This document shows, piece after piece, positions 1 to 9,315 of a stretch of DNA of 63,768 nt. Source of the stretch: Eubacteriales bacterium (GTDB lineage: Bacteria; Bacillota; Clostridia; Oscillospirales; CAG-272); the NCBI GenBank assembly GCA_045657165.1, contig JAZOSP010000122.1, positions 1-63,768 of the forward strand, given 5' to 3'. The translations under genes were made by a program, and so were the position numbers. The notes below the pieces were generated by a model that ran no database searches, was not told the origin of the DNA, and worked only from the letters and a program-made list of their open reading frames with translations. The first letter of the stretch is position 1, and every line of letters begins with the position of its first letter.

Positions 1-53
1 TGTTGGCGTCCCCAAACACCCGATTTTGTAAATAATCATTGTCGTTTTGGGGA

Positions 54-1367
54 TTAATCGTTTTCTTTTTCGTTTTGGTCATCCTCGTCAGACTCGTCAT
101 CCTCGTCGCTGTCGCTTGTGCGCGAGTCTACGACGCGAAGCGTTTCGATTCTTCTGCCGTCCATTTTCAGAACCTCTACGTCAAGTCCGCAATATTCGAA
201 TTTGTCACCGACCTCGGGGATTTTTTCAAGTATCGTCATAGCCCAGCCGTTAACGGTTACGGTGTCAAGCTCCTCGTCGGTGTCCATATCAAGCTCGTCA
301 AAGAGCTTCTCGACGTTAGCCATGCCCGAGACCTCGTATTCGCGCTCGGAGATCTCCTTGATTTCCTCTACTATCTCGTCGTGCTCGTCCCAGATATCGC
401 CGACAATCTCCTCGAGAATATCCTCAAGGGTAACTATACCTGCCGTTGAGCCATACTCGTCGGTAACGACTGCGAGGTGAACCTGCTTTTCCTGCAGGTC
501 CTTCATAAGGTCGTTTACCTTTTGAGTCTTTGCCACGAAAATAACAGGCTTGATTATCTCGCTTATAGGAGTTTCTCTGCCCTGTGCAAGCGCGTAAAAA
601 TCCTTATAATAAAGTATACCGAGCACGTTGTCAAGGTCGCCCTCGTAAACGGGGATTCGCGAGAAGCCCGACTCTGTAAATACCCTTGCAACCGTCTCCT
701 TGTCGGCGTCTATCGGGAGTGAGGTTATATCAATTCTCGGCGTGAAGATGTCACCTACCTCAAGGTCGCCAAATTCGATAGCACTCTTAATGAGCGTGCT
801 CTCCTCCTCGTCGATATCTCCGCCCTCCTCGGCTTCCTCTATGATGGAAATCAGCTCTTCCTCTGTCATACCTTGGTCGTCAGAGGGCTTAAAGAGCCTT
901 GCAAGCAGTCTTTGCCATTGCTTAAAGACGAAATTAAACGGAGTGAATACTATGAGAAGTGCATTAATAATCGGTGCAGAGAACATCACGAAGCTCTCGG
1001 GCGAGTTTTTCGCCATGGTCTTTGGAGAAATCTCGCCAAAGATAAGCACCACAAGCGTGATAACCACGGTTGAGAGCGTTGCCGCAAGGTCCGCGTTTCC
1101 TACGATAAGCCCCGTGAAGAAGAGCGTGCCGAGCGAGGCGCCGAGTATATTAACGATGTTGTTTCCTATAAGAATGGTAGAAATCAGCGAGTCGTAGTTT
1201 TCCGACAGCCTAAGCACGAGTGCGGCTCTTTTGTTGCCCTTTTCCGCCATATTCTTGACTCTAATGCGGTTAAAGGTAGAAAACGCTGTTTCCGTAGCGG
1301 AGAAGTATGCCGACAGAATGACGCATATCACGATTATGACGAGATATGTCACTAAATGAGGGTCCAT
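54..1367 (-). CDS. Hemolysin-family / CNNM (DUF21)-CBS pair-CorC transporter-associated protein, probable Mg2+ (Co2+) efflux protein
   Basis: N-terminal TM domain with SAYFSATETAFS, TILIGNNIVN and IFGEISPK motifs; CBS pair (FSRIPVY, VTDEYGSTAGIVTLEDILEEIVGDIWDEHD); C-terminal CorC domain; acidic tail. Confidence 0.9.
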   Translation of the reverse strand: MDPHLVTYLVIIVICVILSAYFSATETAFSTFNRIRVKNMAEKGNKRAALVLRLSENYDSLISTILIGNNIVNILGASLGTLFFTGLIVGNADLAATLSTVVITLVVLIFGEISPKTMAKNSPESFVMFSAPIINALLIVFTPFNFVFKQWQRLLARLFKPSDDQGMTEEELISIIEEAEEGGDIDEEESTLIKSAIEFGDLEVGDIFTPRIDITSLPIDADKETVARVFTESGFSRIPVYEGDLDNVLGILYYKDFYALAQGRETPISEIIKPVIFVAKTQKVNDLMKDLQEKQVHLAVVTDEYGSTAGIVTLEDILEEIVGDIWDEHDEIVEEIKEISEREYEVSGMANVEKLFDELDMDTDEELDTVTVNGWAMTILEKIPEVGDKFEYCGLDVEVLKMDGRRIETLRVVDSRTSDSDEDDESDEDDQNEKEND

Positions 1368-1427
1368 GATTGTTTGAAAAATACCTTTCGATTTTCTAAT
1401 TTAACGCCTTGTTTTTTTGAAAAACGC

Positions 1428-1470
1428 AAAAAGAGGCATAGCCATACCCCAAGGGTGCGGCTAAACCTCT
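1428..1470 (-). terminator. Candidate intrinsic terminator/attenuator in the 5' leader of the CNNM gene
   Basis: Minus strand AGAGG-TT-TAGCC-GC-ACCC / TTG / GGGT-AT-GGCTA-TG-CCTCT followed by TTTTGCGTTTTT; lies between the promoter and the CDS start. Confidence 0.7.
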
Positions 1471-1529
1471 GATATTTTATGTATTACGGGCATACTGTGA
1501 CAAGTGTCCCCGTCCGCGCCGTCGTCCAT
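1461..1529 (-). CDS. Candidate leader peptide (22 aa, MDDGADGDTCHSMPVIHKISEV)
   Basis: GGAGG 4 nt before ATG; below the ORF-track size cutoff; acidic N-terminus; TAG stop lies inside the 5' arm of the leader terminator. Confidence 0.55.
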   Translation of the reverse strand: MDDGADGDTCHSMPVIHKISEV

Positions 1530-1581
1530 GCGTCCTCCAAAAAAATACAGCCTTGATACCTTCAAGGCGTCATTGCTCTAT

Positions 1582-1610
1582 ATTTTACCACAGATTTTAT
1601 TAAAAGTCAA
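1582..1610 (-). promoter_or_regulatory. SigA promoter of the CNNM gene
   Basis: TTGACT-17 nt-TAAAAT with TG extended -10. Confidence 0.75.
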
Positions 1611-1637
1611 GGGATTTTGCAATTTTAATTATAATTG

Positions 1638-1666
1638 TTGACAATTGCAATTTCAAATGTTAAAAT
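1638..1666 (+). promoter_or_regulatory. SigA promoter of the SLOG gene (divergent)
   Basis: TTGACA-17 nt-TAAAAT with TG extension. Confidence 0.75.
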
Positions 1667-1699
1667 TAACTCGACTAATTTTAAGTACGGGGAATTAAT

Positions 1700-2197
1700 A
1701 TGAAGAATCTCGGGTGCGCCTTTACGGGTCACAGACATATCGTGAATACTCATAGGTCGCAAATAGGCGATTTGATTTCTCGCGCCGTTGCCTTCGCCTA
1801 TCGCGAGGGCTGCCGCAGATTTTATTCAGGCGGAGCCGTTGGCTTTGATACCCTTGCGGCGAGGGAGGTGCTTCGCTTCCGCATATCTCACCCCGACGTG
1901 CGCCTTTGTTTGATTTTGCCCTGCACAAATCAGGACGAGCGGTGGTCGGAGCGCGATAAGGAGAGCTACGCATACATTTTGCGTGAGGCGGATGAGGTGT
2001 CGTATATCTCGGAGACTTATACGCACGACTGTATGAAAAAGAGAAATTACGCACTCGCCGCCGAAGCCGATATCATGATAGCCTACGTTGGAGAGAGCGT
2101 CTCCGGCTCGGCACAGACTGTGCGTATGGCGGAAAAAATGAACAAGAGGGTTTATAACATTTATCCAACGCTTGTGAGAAAAGAGGAATCAAAATAA
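1700..2197 (+). CDS. DUF1273 / YpsA-like SLOG family protein
   Basis: CAFTGHR, FYSGGAVGFDTLAA, CMKKRN and GSAQTVRMA motifs. Confidence 0.8.
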   Translation: MKNLGCAFTGHRHIVNTHRSQIGDLISRAVAFAYREGCRRFYSGGAVGFDTLAAREVLRFRISHPDVRLCLILPCTNQDERWSERDKESYAYILREADEVSYISETYTHDCMKKRNYALAAEADIMIAYVGESVSGSAQTVRMAEKMNKRVYNIYPTLVRKEESK

Positions 2198-2328
2198 AGT
2201 CTGTTATGTCGAATATCGCGACCCGTGTTAAAAAAACGACATTTTTTTCTACAAAGCAGTCGTTTATTTACAGCTTACATCTTCCATAAAATTCCACGCG
2301 GAAAAATCACATATTTTTCAAATAACAC

Positions 2329-2357
2329 TTGATTTTTCCATTCCGGTATGCTATACT
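2329..2357 (+). promoter_or_regulatory. SigA promoter
   Basis: TTGATT-17 nt-TATACT with TG extension. Confidence 0.6.
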
Positions 2358-2407
2358 GTTCTTATAATAACTACGTTTGATGGATTTTCCATCGGAAAGA
2401 GGTTGCC

Positions 2408-3139
2408 GTGTTAGAAACGATTCAAAGTTTTTTTGCGAGCGTAATTAACGCACAGTTTGATTTCGCTCAAATCTGGGAGTCCATTGTTGGCACTTATTAT
2501 GCAGTAATTTGTTCTCCCACCTACATAGAAATAGAAGCGTTTGTCAAGGAGCTTCTTGTTAACGTGCCGGGCGTTGCGGTTACGGCGGCACTTCTCGTTC
2601 TTTCGCTGATTCAGCTGTTTGCAGGTAAGAAGCTGCTTAATTTCCAGAAATTTGTTGCCTGCTTCGTTTTAGGCTTTGCTTACGGCGTAGTATTCCTTGC
2701 ACCCCTCGTAGAGACGGTCGTTCCGCTTCCTTATCATTGGATTTCGGGCGTTGTCGTCGGTGTTATTGCCGCATTGCTTTGCAAGCCCGTTTATTTCGTT
2801 GGTTACGTCGGCGCTGCCGCATATGCCGCTTATTTCGTATGCTTCTCGGCTTCGGTTCTTCCCGAGCTTACCGCCTACACGCAGGGCAATATGGTTTACA
2901 GCCTTATCGCAGCGGCCGTAGCAGTGGTTCTCGTGCTCATCTTCAGAAAGTGGATTGAGATGATAGGTACCTCTGTGCTTGGCGCTTGGTGCACCTACCT
3001 TTGCGTTGATACGCTTGCGGGCGGTCTCGCTAACATTGAGGCGCTCGCTCCCAGCATTGATATCGTTATGTGGGCGTCTATCGCTGTCGTTGCCCTCATC
3101 GGCTTTATAGTCCAGGTCAAGACCAGACGCAGATATTGA
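2408..3139 (+). CDS. Integral membrane protein (DUF4203/TMEM198-like)
   Basis: About 7 hydrophobic helices; GTSVLGA motif; ends GFIVQVKTRRRY; GTG start after GAAAGAGG. Confidence 0.6.
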   Translation: MLETIQSFFASVINAQFDFAQIWESIVGTYYAVICSPTYIEIEAFVKELLVNVPGVAVTAALLVLSLIQLFAGKKLLNFQKFVACFVLGFAYGVVFLAPLVETVVPLPYHWISGVVVGVIAALLCKPVYFVGYVGAAAYAAYFVCFSASVLPELTAYTQGNMVYSLIAAAVAVVLVLIFRKWIEMIGTSVLGAWCTYLCVDTLAGGLANIEALAPSIDIVMWASIAVVALIGFIVQVKTRRRY

Positions 3140-3148
3140 TTTATACCG

Positions 3149-3182
3149 AAAAATCCGACGAAAAATTTTCGTCGGATTTTTT
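3149..3182 (+). terminator. Intrinsic terminator
   Basis: AAAAATCCGACGAAAA / TTTTCGTCGGATTTTT inverted repeat plus T-run. Confidence 0.8.
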
Positions 3183-3203
3183 CATTCTCATAGCGTCTTC
3201 GTA

Positions 3204-3232
3204 TTGACTTTTTTGTTTATTTGTAGTAAAAT
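3204..3232 (+). promoter_or_regulatory. SigA promoter of the transketolase genes
   Basis: TTGACT-17 nt-TAAAAT. Confidence 0.7.
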
Positions 3233-3263
3233 GTTATATATAACACAGAAAGGTACTTTCATC

Positions 3264-4103
3264 ATGGACAAAACGAAAGAGCTAAAGCTTCGGCGCATAG
3301 CAAACGACGTGCGCGTTGATATCATTGAAGGCGTTTATAACGCAGGCTGTGGACATCCCGGCGGCTCGCTTTCGATCGCAGACGTAATTACATACCTCTA
3401 CTTTGAGGAGATGAACGTCAATCCCGCCGACCCCAAGGCAGAGAACCGCGACCGCTTCGTTCTCTCGAAGGGACACACGGCACCTGCACTCTACGCAGCT
3501 CTTGCCGAGCGCGGATATTTCCCTCGCGAGGAGATAAAGACGCTTCGCAAGACCACCTCACGCCTTCAGGGTCACCCTGATATGAAGGGAACGCCCGGCG
3601 TTGATATGACCACAGGCTCCCTTGGCCTTGGTTTCTCGGCTGCTTGCGGTATGGCGCTCAGCGCAAAGGTTTATAACAAGGACTATCGCGTATACACCAT
3701 TCTCGGTGACGGTGAAACCGAGGAGGGTCAGGTATGGGAGGCTGCTATGTTTGCGGCTCACTACAAGCTTGATAACCTCGTTGCCGTTATTGACTGGAAC
3801 GGACTTCAGATTGACGGTCCTATAGCTGAGGTTATGAACCCCGCCCCCCACGATGAAAAGCTTCGTGCCTTCGGCTGGCACGTTATTTCCATCAATGCTC
3901 ACGATTTTTCCGAAATCGAGGCGGCGTTTGCCGAGGCTAAAACGGTTAAGGGCAAGCCCACCGCTATAATCGCAAAGTCGGTTAAGGGCAAGGGCGTTTC
4001 TTATATGGAGAACGCCTGCGAGTGGCACGGCGCAGCACCCAAGGAAGAGCAGTATAAGCAGGCTATTGCCGAGCTTAACGATATTGCGGCTTCGCTCAAG
4101 TAA
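3264..4103 (+). CDS. tkt: Transketolase, N-terminal (ThDP-binding) subunit
   Basis: GHPGGSLS, DRFVLSKGH, LQGHP, TGSLG and GDGE-EG motifs; ATG at 3264 after AGAAAGG. Confidence 0.92.
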   Translation: MDKTKELKLRRIANDVRVDIIEGVYNAGCGHPGGSLSIADVITYLYFEEMNVNPADPKAENRDRFVLSKGHTAPALYAALAERGYFPREEIKTLRKTTSRLQGHPDMKGTPGVDMTTGSLGLGFSAACGMALSAKVYNKDYRVYTILGDGETEEGQVWEAAMFAAHYKLDNLVAVIDWNGLQIDGPIAEVMNPAPHDEKLRAFGWHVISINAHDFSEIEAAFAEAKTVKGKPTAIIAKSVKGKGVSYMENACEWHGAAPKEEQYKQAIAELNDIAASLK

Positions 4104-4118
4104 TAGGAGGACAGAAAA

Positions 4119-5072
4119 GTGGCAGATAAGAAAGCAACCAGAGAGAGCTACGGCGCAGCACTTGCCGAGCTCGGTGAAAAATATGATTTCCTCGTTCTTG
4201 ACGCAGACCTTGCGGCAGCAACCAAGACCGGCGTTTTCAAGAAGAAATTCCCCGAGAGATTTTTCGACTGCGGTATCGCAGAGGGTAATATGGTGAGTGT
4301 TGCGGCGGGTATCGCAACCACAGGCAAGACGGTTTTTGCCTCGTCCTTTGCAATGTTTGCGGCAGGCAGAGCCTTCGAGCAGGTTCGTAACTCTATCGGA
4401 TACCCCCATCTTAACGTTAAAATCGGCGCAACTCACGCAGGTATCACTGTCGGTGAGGACGGCGCAACCCACCAGTGCAACGAGGACTTGGCGCTCATGC
4501 GTACCATTCCCGGTATGATAGTCTGCAACCCCGCTGACGCTACCGAGGCGTATGCAGCCGTTGAGGCGGCTATCAACACCTATGGTCCCGTGTATCTCAG
4601 ATTCGGCAGATTCGCCGTTCCGAACCTCACCCCCGAGCTCGTTCCCGATTACAAGTTCGAGTTTGGTAAGGGCGTTACCTACCGCGAGGGTAAGGACGTT
4701 ACCATCGTTGCAACCGGATTTATGGTTCACCTTGCCGTTGAGGCAGCCGATATGCTCCGCGAGGAGGGAATTGACGCCGGTGTTATCAACATTCACACCA
4801 TCAAGCCTCTTGATTCCGACCTTATCGTGCGTGCGGCAGAGAAGAGCGGTGCAATCGTAACCGCAGAGGAGCATAGCGTTATTGGCGGACTTGGCGCTGC
4901 CGTATGCGAGGCGCTTTGCGAGAAATGTCCCGTGCCCGTGCTTCGCGTCGGTGTCGAGGACTCCTTTGGCAAGAGCGGTAAGGTGCCTGAGCTTCTCGAG
5001 CTCTACGGTCTTACCTCGGCTAATATTGCCGCGAAGGCACGCGCTGCAATAGCTCTTAAGAAAAGCAAGTAA
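4119..5072 (+). CDS. tkt: Transketolase, C-terminal (pyrimidine-binding) subunit
   Basis: DADL, GIAE, RAFEQ, GEDGATHQ, TIKPLD and EEH motifs. Confidence 0.92.
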   Translation: MADKKATRESYGAALAELGEKYDFLVLDADLAAATKTGVFKKKFPERFFDCGIAEGNMVSVAAGIATTGKTVFASSFAMFAAGRAFEQVRNSIGYPHLNVKIGATHAGITVGEDGATHQCNEDLALMRTIPGMIVCNPADATEAYAAVEAAINTYGPVYLRFGRFAVPNLTPELVPDYKFEFGKGVTYREGKDVTIVATGFMVHLAVEAADMLREEGIDAGVINIHTIKPLDSDLIVRAAEKSGAIVTAEEHSVIGGLGAAVCEALCEKCPVPVLRVGVEDSFGKSGKVPELLELYGLTSANIAAKARAAIALKKSK

Positions 5073-5080
5073 ACGTATTA

Positions 5081-5108
5081 CCGACCCGTCGCCTTGCGCA
5101 CGGGTCGG
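5081..5108 (+). other. Stem-loop between tkt and pyrH
   Basis: CCGACCCGT / ACGGGTCGG inverted repeat with no T-tract. Confidence 0.5.
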
Positions 5109-5148
5109 CAGGTCTATATCAAACTTAAGGATAAAAGAGGATAAGACT

Positions 5149-5847
5149 ATGAAAAGAATTTTACTTAAGCTTTCGGGCGAGGCGCTTGCCGCCGGCAGCA
5201 AAGATATTTACGATAACAGCTTCGTAGATAGGGTTGCCGCCGAAATCAAGGGCTGCTGCGACGATGGCTATGAAATTGCTCTCGTCCTTGGCGCAGGAAA
5301 CATCTGGCGCGGCAGACAGGGCGGCGAGATGGACAGAGTTGCGGCAGACCGCATGGGCATGCTTGCAACCGTTATGAACGCAATCTGCATGAAGGACGCC
5401 CTTATCCGCGCAGGCAAGGATGCAGTCGTTATGACCGCCGTTCCTATGCAGCCCTTTGCTGAGGTATACTCATCCGACGCGGCTGTTGCCGCGCTTGAGT
5501 CGGGCAAGGTTGTGATATTCGGTGCGGGGCTTGGTATACCGTTCCTTTCCACCGATACCACGGGTGCTGTCAGGGCTGCCGAAATTTCCGCCGACGCCAT
5601 GCTTATGGCTAAGAACGTTGACTACATATACACCGACGACCCGAGGAAGAACCACGACGCTAAGAGGCTTGAGCGCGTGCGCGCCTCCGAGGTTCTTGCT
5701 ATGAATCTCAAGGCAATCGACGCGACGGCTACCGCGTTCTGCCTTTCTACCGGTATGCCTATTCACGTTTTCGGGCTTAAAGACCCTGAGGATATAAAGA
5801 AAGCTGTACGCGGTGAGTGTGTCGGCACGGTTATTACCCCGGACTAA
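5149..5847 (+). CDS. pyrH: Uridylate kinase
   Basis: LLKLSGEAL, GAGNIWRG, DRMGMLATVMN and STDT motifs; synteny with frr. Confidence 0.95.
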   Translation: MKRILLKLSGEALAAGSKDIYDNSFVDRVAAEIKGCCDDGYEIALVLGAGNIWRGRQGGEMDRVAADRMGMLATVMNAICMKDALIRAGKDAVVMTAVPMQPFAEVYSSDAAVAALESGKVVIFGAGLGIPFLSTDTTGAVRAAEISADAMLMAKNVDYIYTDDPRKNHDAKRLERVRASEVLAMNLKAIDATATAFCLSTGMPIHVFGLKDPEDIKKAVRGECVGTVITPD

Positions 5848-5891
5848 TAAAAATTAAAGTGTCGCAGGATTGCGGCAGAACGGAGAAAAAT

Positions 5892-6446
5892 ATGAAACTC
5901 GACACCAAAGACTACGAAGCAAAAATGAAAAAGACCATTGCCTCCTACTCCGACAATCTCTCCACCATCAGAGCAGGCAGAGCAAACCCCGACGTTCTAA
6001 AGAAAATAAACGTTGATTACTACGGCTCGCCCACACCCATCGCCTCTATCGCGGAGATTAAGGTTACCGACGCACGCACCATTATGATTACCGCTTGGGA
6101 TAAGTCGGCACTCAAGGGCATTGAAAAGGCAATACTTACCTCCGACCTCGGCATAAATCCCCAGAGTGACGGCACGGCTATCCGCCTTTCCTTCCCGCCT
6201 ACGACCGAGGAGCGCAGACGTGAGCTTTCGAAGCAGATTTCAAAGCTCGGCGAGGACGCAAAGGTTGCGGTACGCAACATTCGCCGTGACGCGAACGATA
6301 AGGTAAAGGCAGACAAGAAGAATTCTGTTATGACCGAGGATGAGGCGAAGCAGTCGGATAAGCTCGTTCAGGACCTTACCGATAAGTATATAAAGGAAAT
6401 AGACGCTATCACAGCGGCAAAAACCAAAGAAATAATGGAGATTTAA
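5892..6446 (+). CDS. frr: Ribosome recycling factor
   Basis: IRAGRANP, VDYYG, EERR and VRNIRRDA motifs; ATG at 5892 after GGAG. Confidence 0.96.
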   Translation: MKLDTKDYEAKMKKTIASYSDNLSTIRAGRANPDVLKKINVDYYGSPTPIASIAEIKVTDARTIMITAWDKSALKGIEKAILTSDLGINPQSDGTAIRLSFPPTTEERRRELSKQISKLGEDAKVAVRNIRRDANDKVKADKKNSVMTEDEAKQSDKLVQDLTDKYIKEIDAITAAKTKEIMEI

Positions 6447-6470
6447 TTCTCCCGAAAGCGAGCGAGAGCA

Positions 6471-7223
6471 TTGAGCATATTCAAAAAGGACAAATTTCGC
6501 GTTGACGATAGACTTCAGTCGGTCGCGATAATAATGGACGGCAACGGCAGATGGGCAAAGCGCCGCGGGCTCCCCCGAAGCGCGGGTCATATTGCAGGAG
6601 CGAAGATTCTCGAGGAAAATCTCAAAATTTTCCGTGAGATAGGCGTTCACTACGTTACCGTTTACGCATTTTCAACCGAGAATTGGAAGCGTCCGAAGGA
6701 CGAGGTTGATACGCTTATGAATCTCGTTTATAAATATCTCGATGAGGTCGTAATAGAAAAGATTAAATCAGACAAGAGCTTCTCTATTAGATTTCTCGGT
6801 GACAAGTCGGTTTTGCCCGAAAAAGTAAGGCTAAAGTGCATTGAGGTTGAAGAGATGGCACGCGACCGTGAGTTCGTCCTTAGTGTCGCTCTCAACTATG
6901 GCGGCAGGGACGAGATAGTACATGCGGCAAATGCAGCAATAGCCGAGGGCAAGACCGCGCTTACCGAGGCAGATTTCGGTAAATACTTGTACACAAGCAA
7001 CATTCCAGACCCCGACCTTGTTATTAGAACGGGCGGCGATTTCCGTATTTCCAATTTCCTTTTATGGCAGAGCGCTTACGCGGAATTCGTAATTACCAAG
7101 ACGCTCTGGCCGGATTTTGGCAGACGTGATATTATGGCTGCCGTACGTGAGTTCTACTCGAGGCAACGCCGCTTCGGCGGTCTTAACCCCGAGGATATGA
7201 AAGATGAGGCTAAAAAGGCTTAA
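6471..7223 (+). CDS. uppS: Undecaprenyl diphosphate synthase
   Basis: IIMDGNGRWA, FSTENWKRP, NYGGRDEI and RISNFLLWQ motifs. Confidence 0.96.
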   Translation: MSIFKKDKFRVDDRLQSVAIIMDGNGRWAKRRGLPRSAGHIAGAKILEENLKIFREIGVHYVTVYAFSTENWKRPKDEVDTLMNLVYKYLDEVVIEKIKSDKSFSIRFLGDKSVLPEKVRLKCIEVEEMARDREFVLSVALNYGGRDEIVHAANAAIAEGKTALTEADFGKYLYTSNIPDPDLVIRTGGDFRISNFLLWQSAYAEFVITKTLWPDFGRRDIMAAVREFYSRQRRFGGLNPEDMKDEAKKA

Positions 7224-7224
7224 A

Positions 7225-8064
7225 ATGAGATTAAGAACTATTACCTCGGCGATAATAATCGCCATAACGGTGCCGCTTATACTTTTTTCGCAGTATCTCG
7301 TTTATCCGATAGTGCTCGCACTTTTCTCGCTCATTGCGGTGTTTGAGCTGCTGCGGGTTATGGGCGCCCATAAAAAATGGATAATATCCGTGCCCGCTTA
7401 TATCATAGCGCCCGCTCTGCCGCTTTGCTCCTATCTCGTTAATAACGTAGAGATAGAGAAGCTCGGCTATATGCTTTGGGCACTTGCGGTGGTCTTTGGC
7501 TATATGCTCTACGCTATGAGCGTTGCCGTGTTCTCAAAGGGAACTCTTTCCATATCCACGGTAGCAGAGGTTTTCCTTACCTTTGCCTACGTCGTTGTAT
7601 CGTTTACCTCACTGTGTCTTGTCCGTTATCTTGATCACGGCATGTTCTTGCTCGGCTTCGTGGTTATCGCTGCGTGGATTTGCGACTCTGCGGCGTATAT
7701 TGTCGGCTCGCTTTTCGGACGGCACAAGCTCATACCCGATGTCAGCCCGAAAAAGACCGTCGAGGGCGCTATTGGAGGTGTCGTCGTGACAGCGATTGCG
7801 GCAATGCTTTACGGCTTTATCGTTGACCTCGCAACCGAAGGTATTACGCCCGACTATCTCGTGCTTGGCTTATCCGGGCTTATACTCTCCGTGGTTGCGC
7901 AGCTTGGCGATCTCATAGCCTCGCTTATCAAGCGTGAGCACGGAGTCAAGGATTTTGGCACGCTGCTTCCGGGTCACGGCGGAATAATGGATAGATTTGA
8001 TTCTCTCCTCGCCGTCTCTACTATTGCGATGATGATTTGCGTGGCTTTCCCACCGTTCAAATAA
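7225..8064 (+). CDS. cdsA: Phosphatidate cytidylyltransferase
   Basis: SPKKTVEG and KDFGTLLPGHGGIMDRFDS motifs; multi-TM. Confidence 0.95.
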   Translation: MRLRTITSAIIIAITVPLILFSQYLVYPIVLALFSLIAVFELLRVMGAHKKWIISVPAYIIAPALPLCSYLVNNVEIEKLGYMLWALAVVFGYMLYAMSVAVFSKGTLSISTVAEVFLTFAYVVVSFTSLCLVRYLDHGMFLLGFVVIAAWICDSAAYIVGSLFGRHKLIPDVSPKKTVEGAIGGVVVTAIAAMLYGFIVDLATEGITPDYLVLGLSGLILSVVAQLGDLIASLIKREHGVKDFGTLLPGHGGIMDRFDSLLAVSTIAMMICVAFPPFK

Positions 8065-8071
8065 AATTTAC

Positions 8072-8102
8072 ATAAGACCGCCGCAAAGCGCGGCGGTCTT
8101 AT
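8072..8102 (+). other. GC-rich stem-loop between cdsA and dxr
   Basis: ATAAGACCGCCGC / GCGGCGGTCTTAT inverted repeat. Confidence 0.55.
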
Positions 8103-8146
8103 AAATCGTTGCACAAGTGACGTGCGGCGGTATAAATGGAGCTATT

Positions 8147-9295
8147 ATGAAAAAAACTGTTGCAATTCTCGGTGCTACCGGCTCTGTCGGTATGCAGGCT
8201 CTTGACGTGGCGCGCGCTCGCGGGTACAGGGTTGACCTTATGAGCGCAAAGAGCGACGTTAATAAGATGGAAGCGCTCGCACGCGAGTTTCTGCCCGCCT
8301 TCGTAGCAATGGCAGACGAGTCGGCGGCAGCCGACCTTCGTACGCGACTTGCCGATACCTCGGTGCGCGTTTTTGCAGGGAGTCAGGGCGTTTGCGAGGC
8401 AGTAAAGCACTCGTCAGCTGAGGTTGCTATAAACTCTATACTCGGCGAGGCAGGGCTTTTGCCAACTCTTGCGGTTATAGACTCCGGCAAGCGCCTCGCA
8501 CTTGCAAATAAGGAATCTCTCGTAATTGCAGGCGATATAGTTATGTCGCGCGCCGCCGAGGCGGGCGTCGAAATTATACCCGTCGATAGCGAGCATTCCG
8601 CTATTTTCCAGTCAATGAAGTCCGGCACGCACGGCGAGATAAAAAGGCTTCTTCTCACAGCCTCGGGCGGTCCGTTCTTCGGTAAGACTGTAGAGGAGCT
8701 TTCACGCGTGACGCTTGCCGATACGCTCGCTCACCCGACGTGGAAGATGGGTAAGAAGATTACCGTTGACAGCGCGACTCTTATGAATAAGGGCTTTGAG
8801 ATTATCGAGGCGGTACACCTTTTCGGCGTGTCACCCGATAAGGTTGAGGTCGTCGTTCACCGTGAGAGCATACTTCATTCGGCAGTCGAATATATTGATA
8901 ATGCCGTAATAGGCGAGCTTTCGGTTCCCGATATGCGCGCGTGCGTGCAGTACGCTGTGGATTACCCTCATCGCGAGGCGGCGGTTATAGAGCCGCTTGA
9001 CCTTGTTAAGATAGGCAGTCTAACCTTTTATCCGCCTGATACCGAGGCTTTTCCGCTTCTTTCGCTCGCTAAGCGTGCGATATCCGACGGCGGCGCTATG
9101 CCGGCGGTTGTAAACGCGGCTGACGAGATTGCTGTTGAGGCATTCCTCAATCGAAAAATATCCTTTGCCGATATTTCGCGCGTGGTAGCCGATACCTATG
9201 AGAGGATGACCTCGGCGCGCACTCTTTCTTCGCTTGAGGATATAATTTCGGCAGACAGGGAAGCCAGAGCCATGGCTGAAAAAATGATTAAATAA
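8147..9295 (+). CDS. dxr: 1-deoxy-D-xylulose-5-phosphate reductoisomerase
   Basis: LGATGSVG, LANKESL, PVDSEH, TASGGPF, HPTW and DSATLMNKG motifs. Confidence 0.96.
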   Translation: MKKTVAILGATGSVGMQALDVARARGYRVDLMSAKSDVNKMEALAREFLPAFVAMADESAAADLRTRLADTSVRVFAGSQGVCEAVKHSSAEVAINSILGEAGLLPTLAVIDSGKRLALANKESLVIAGDIVMSRAAEAGVEIIPVDSEHSAIFQSMKSGTHGEIKRLLLTASGGPFFGKTVEELSRVTLADTLAHPTWKMGKKITVDSATLMNKGFEIIEAVHLFGVSPDKVEVVVHRESILHSAVEYIDNAVIGELSVPDMRACVQYAVDYPHREAAVIEPLDLVKIGSLTFYPPDTEAFPLLSLAKRAISDGGAMPAVVNAADEIAVEAFLNRKISFADISRVVADTYERMTSARTLSSLEDIISADREARAMAEKMIK

Positions 9296-9315
9296 CCACC
9301 GACAGGAGAAAATAT

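Noticed and set aside
1368..1580. Known metal riboswitch (M-box/ykoK, yybP-ykoY, NiCo) in the CNNM leader
   Set aside because: I could not find their conserved sequence motifs by eye; a uORF plus terminator explains the leader better. An Rfam search is still needed
1700..2197. SLOG protein as part of an anti-phage system
   Set aside because: Stand-alone YpsA-like gene with no effector fusion or defence neighbours
3558..5201. 547-aa minus-strand ORF
   Set aside because: Antisense shadow of the two transketolase genes caused by codon bias; no RBS or recognisable motifs
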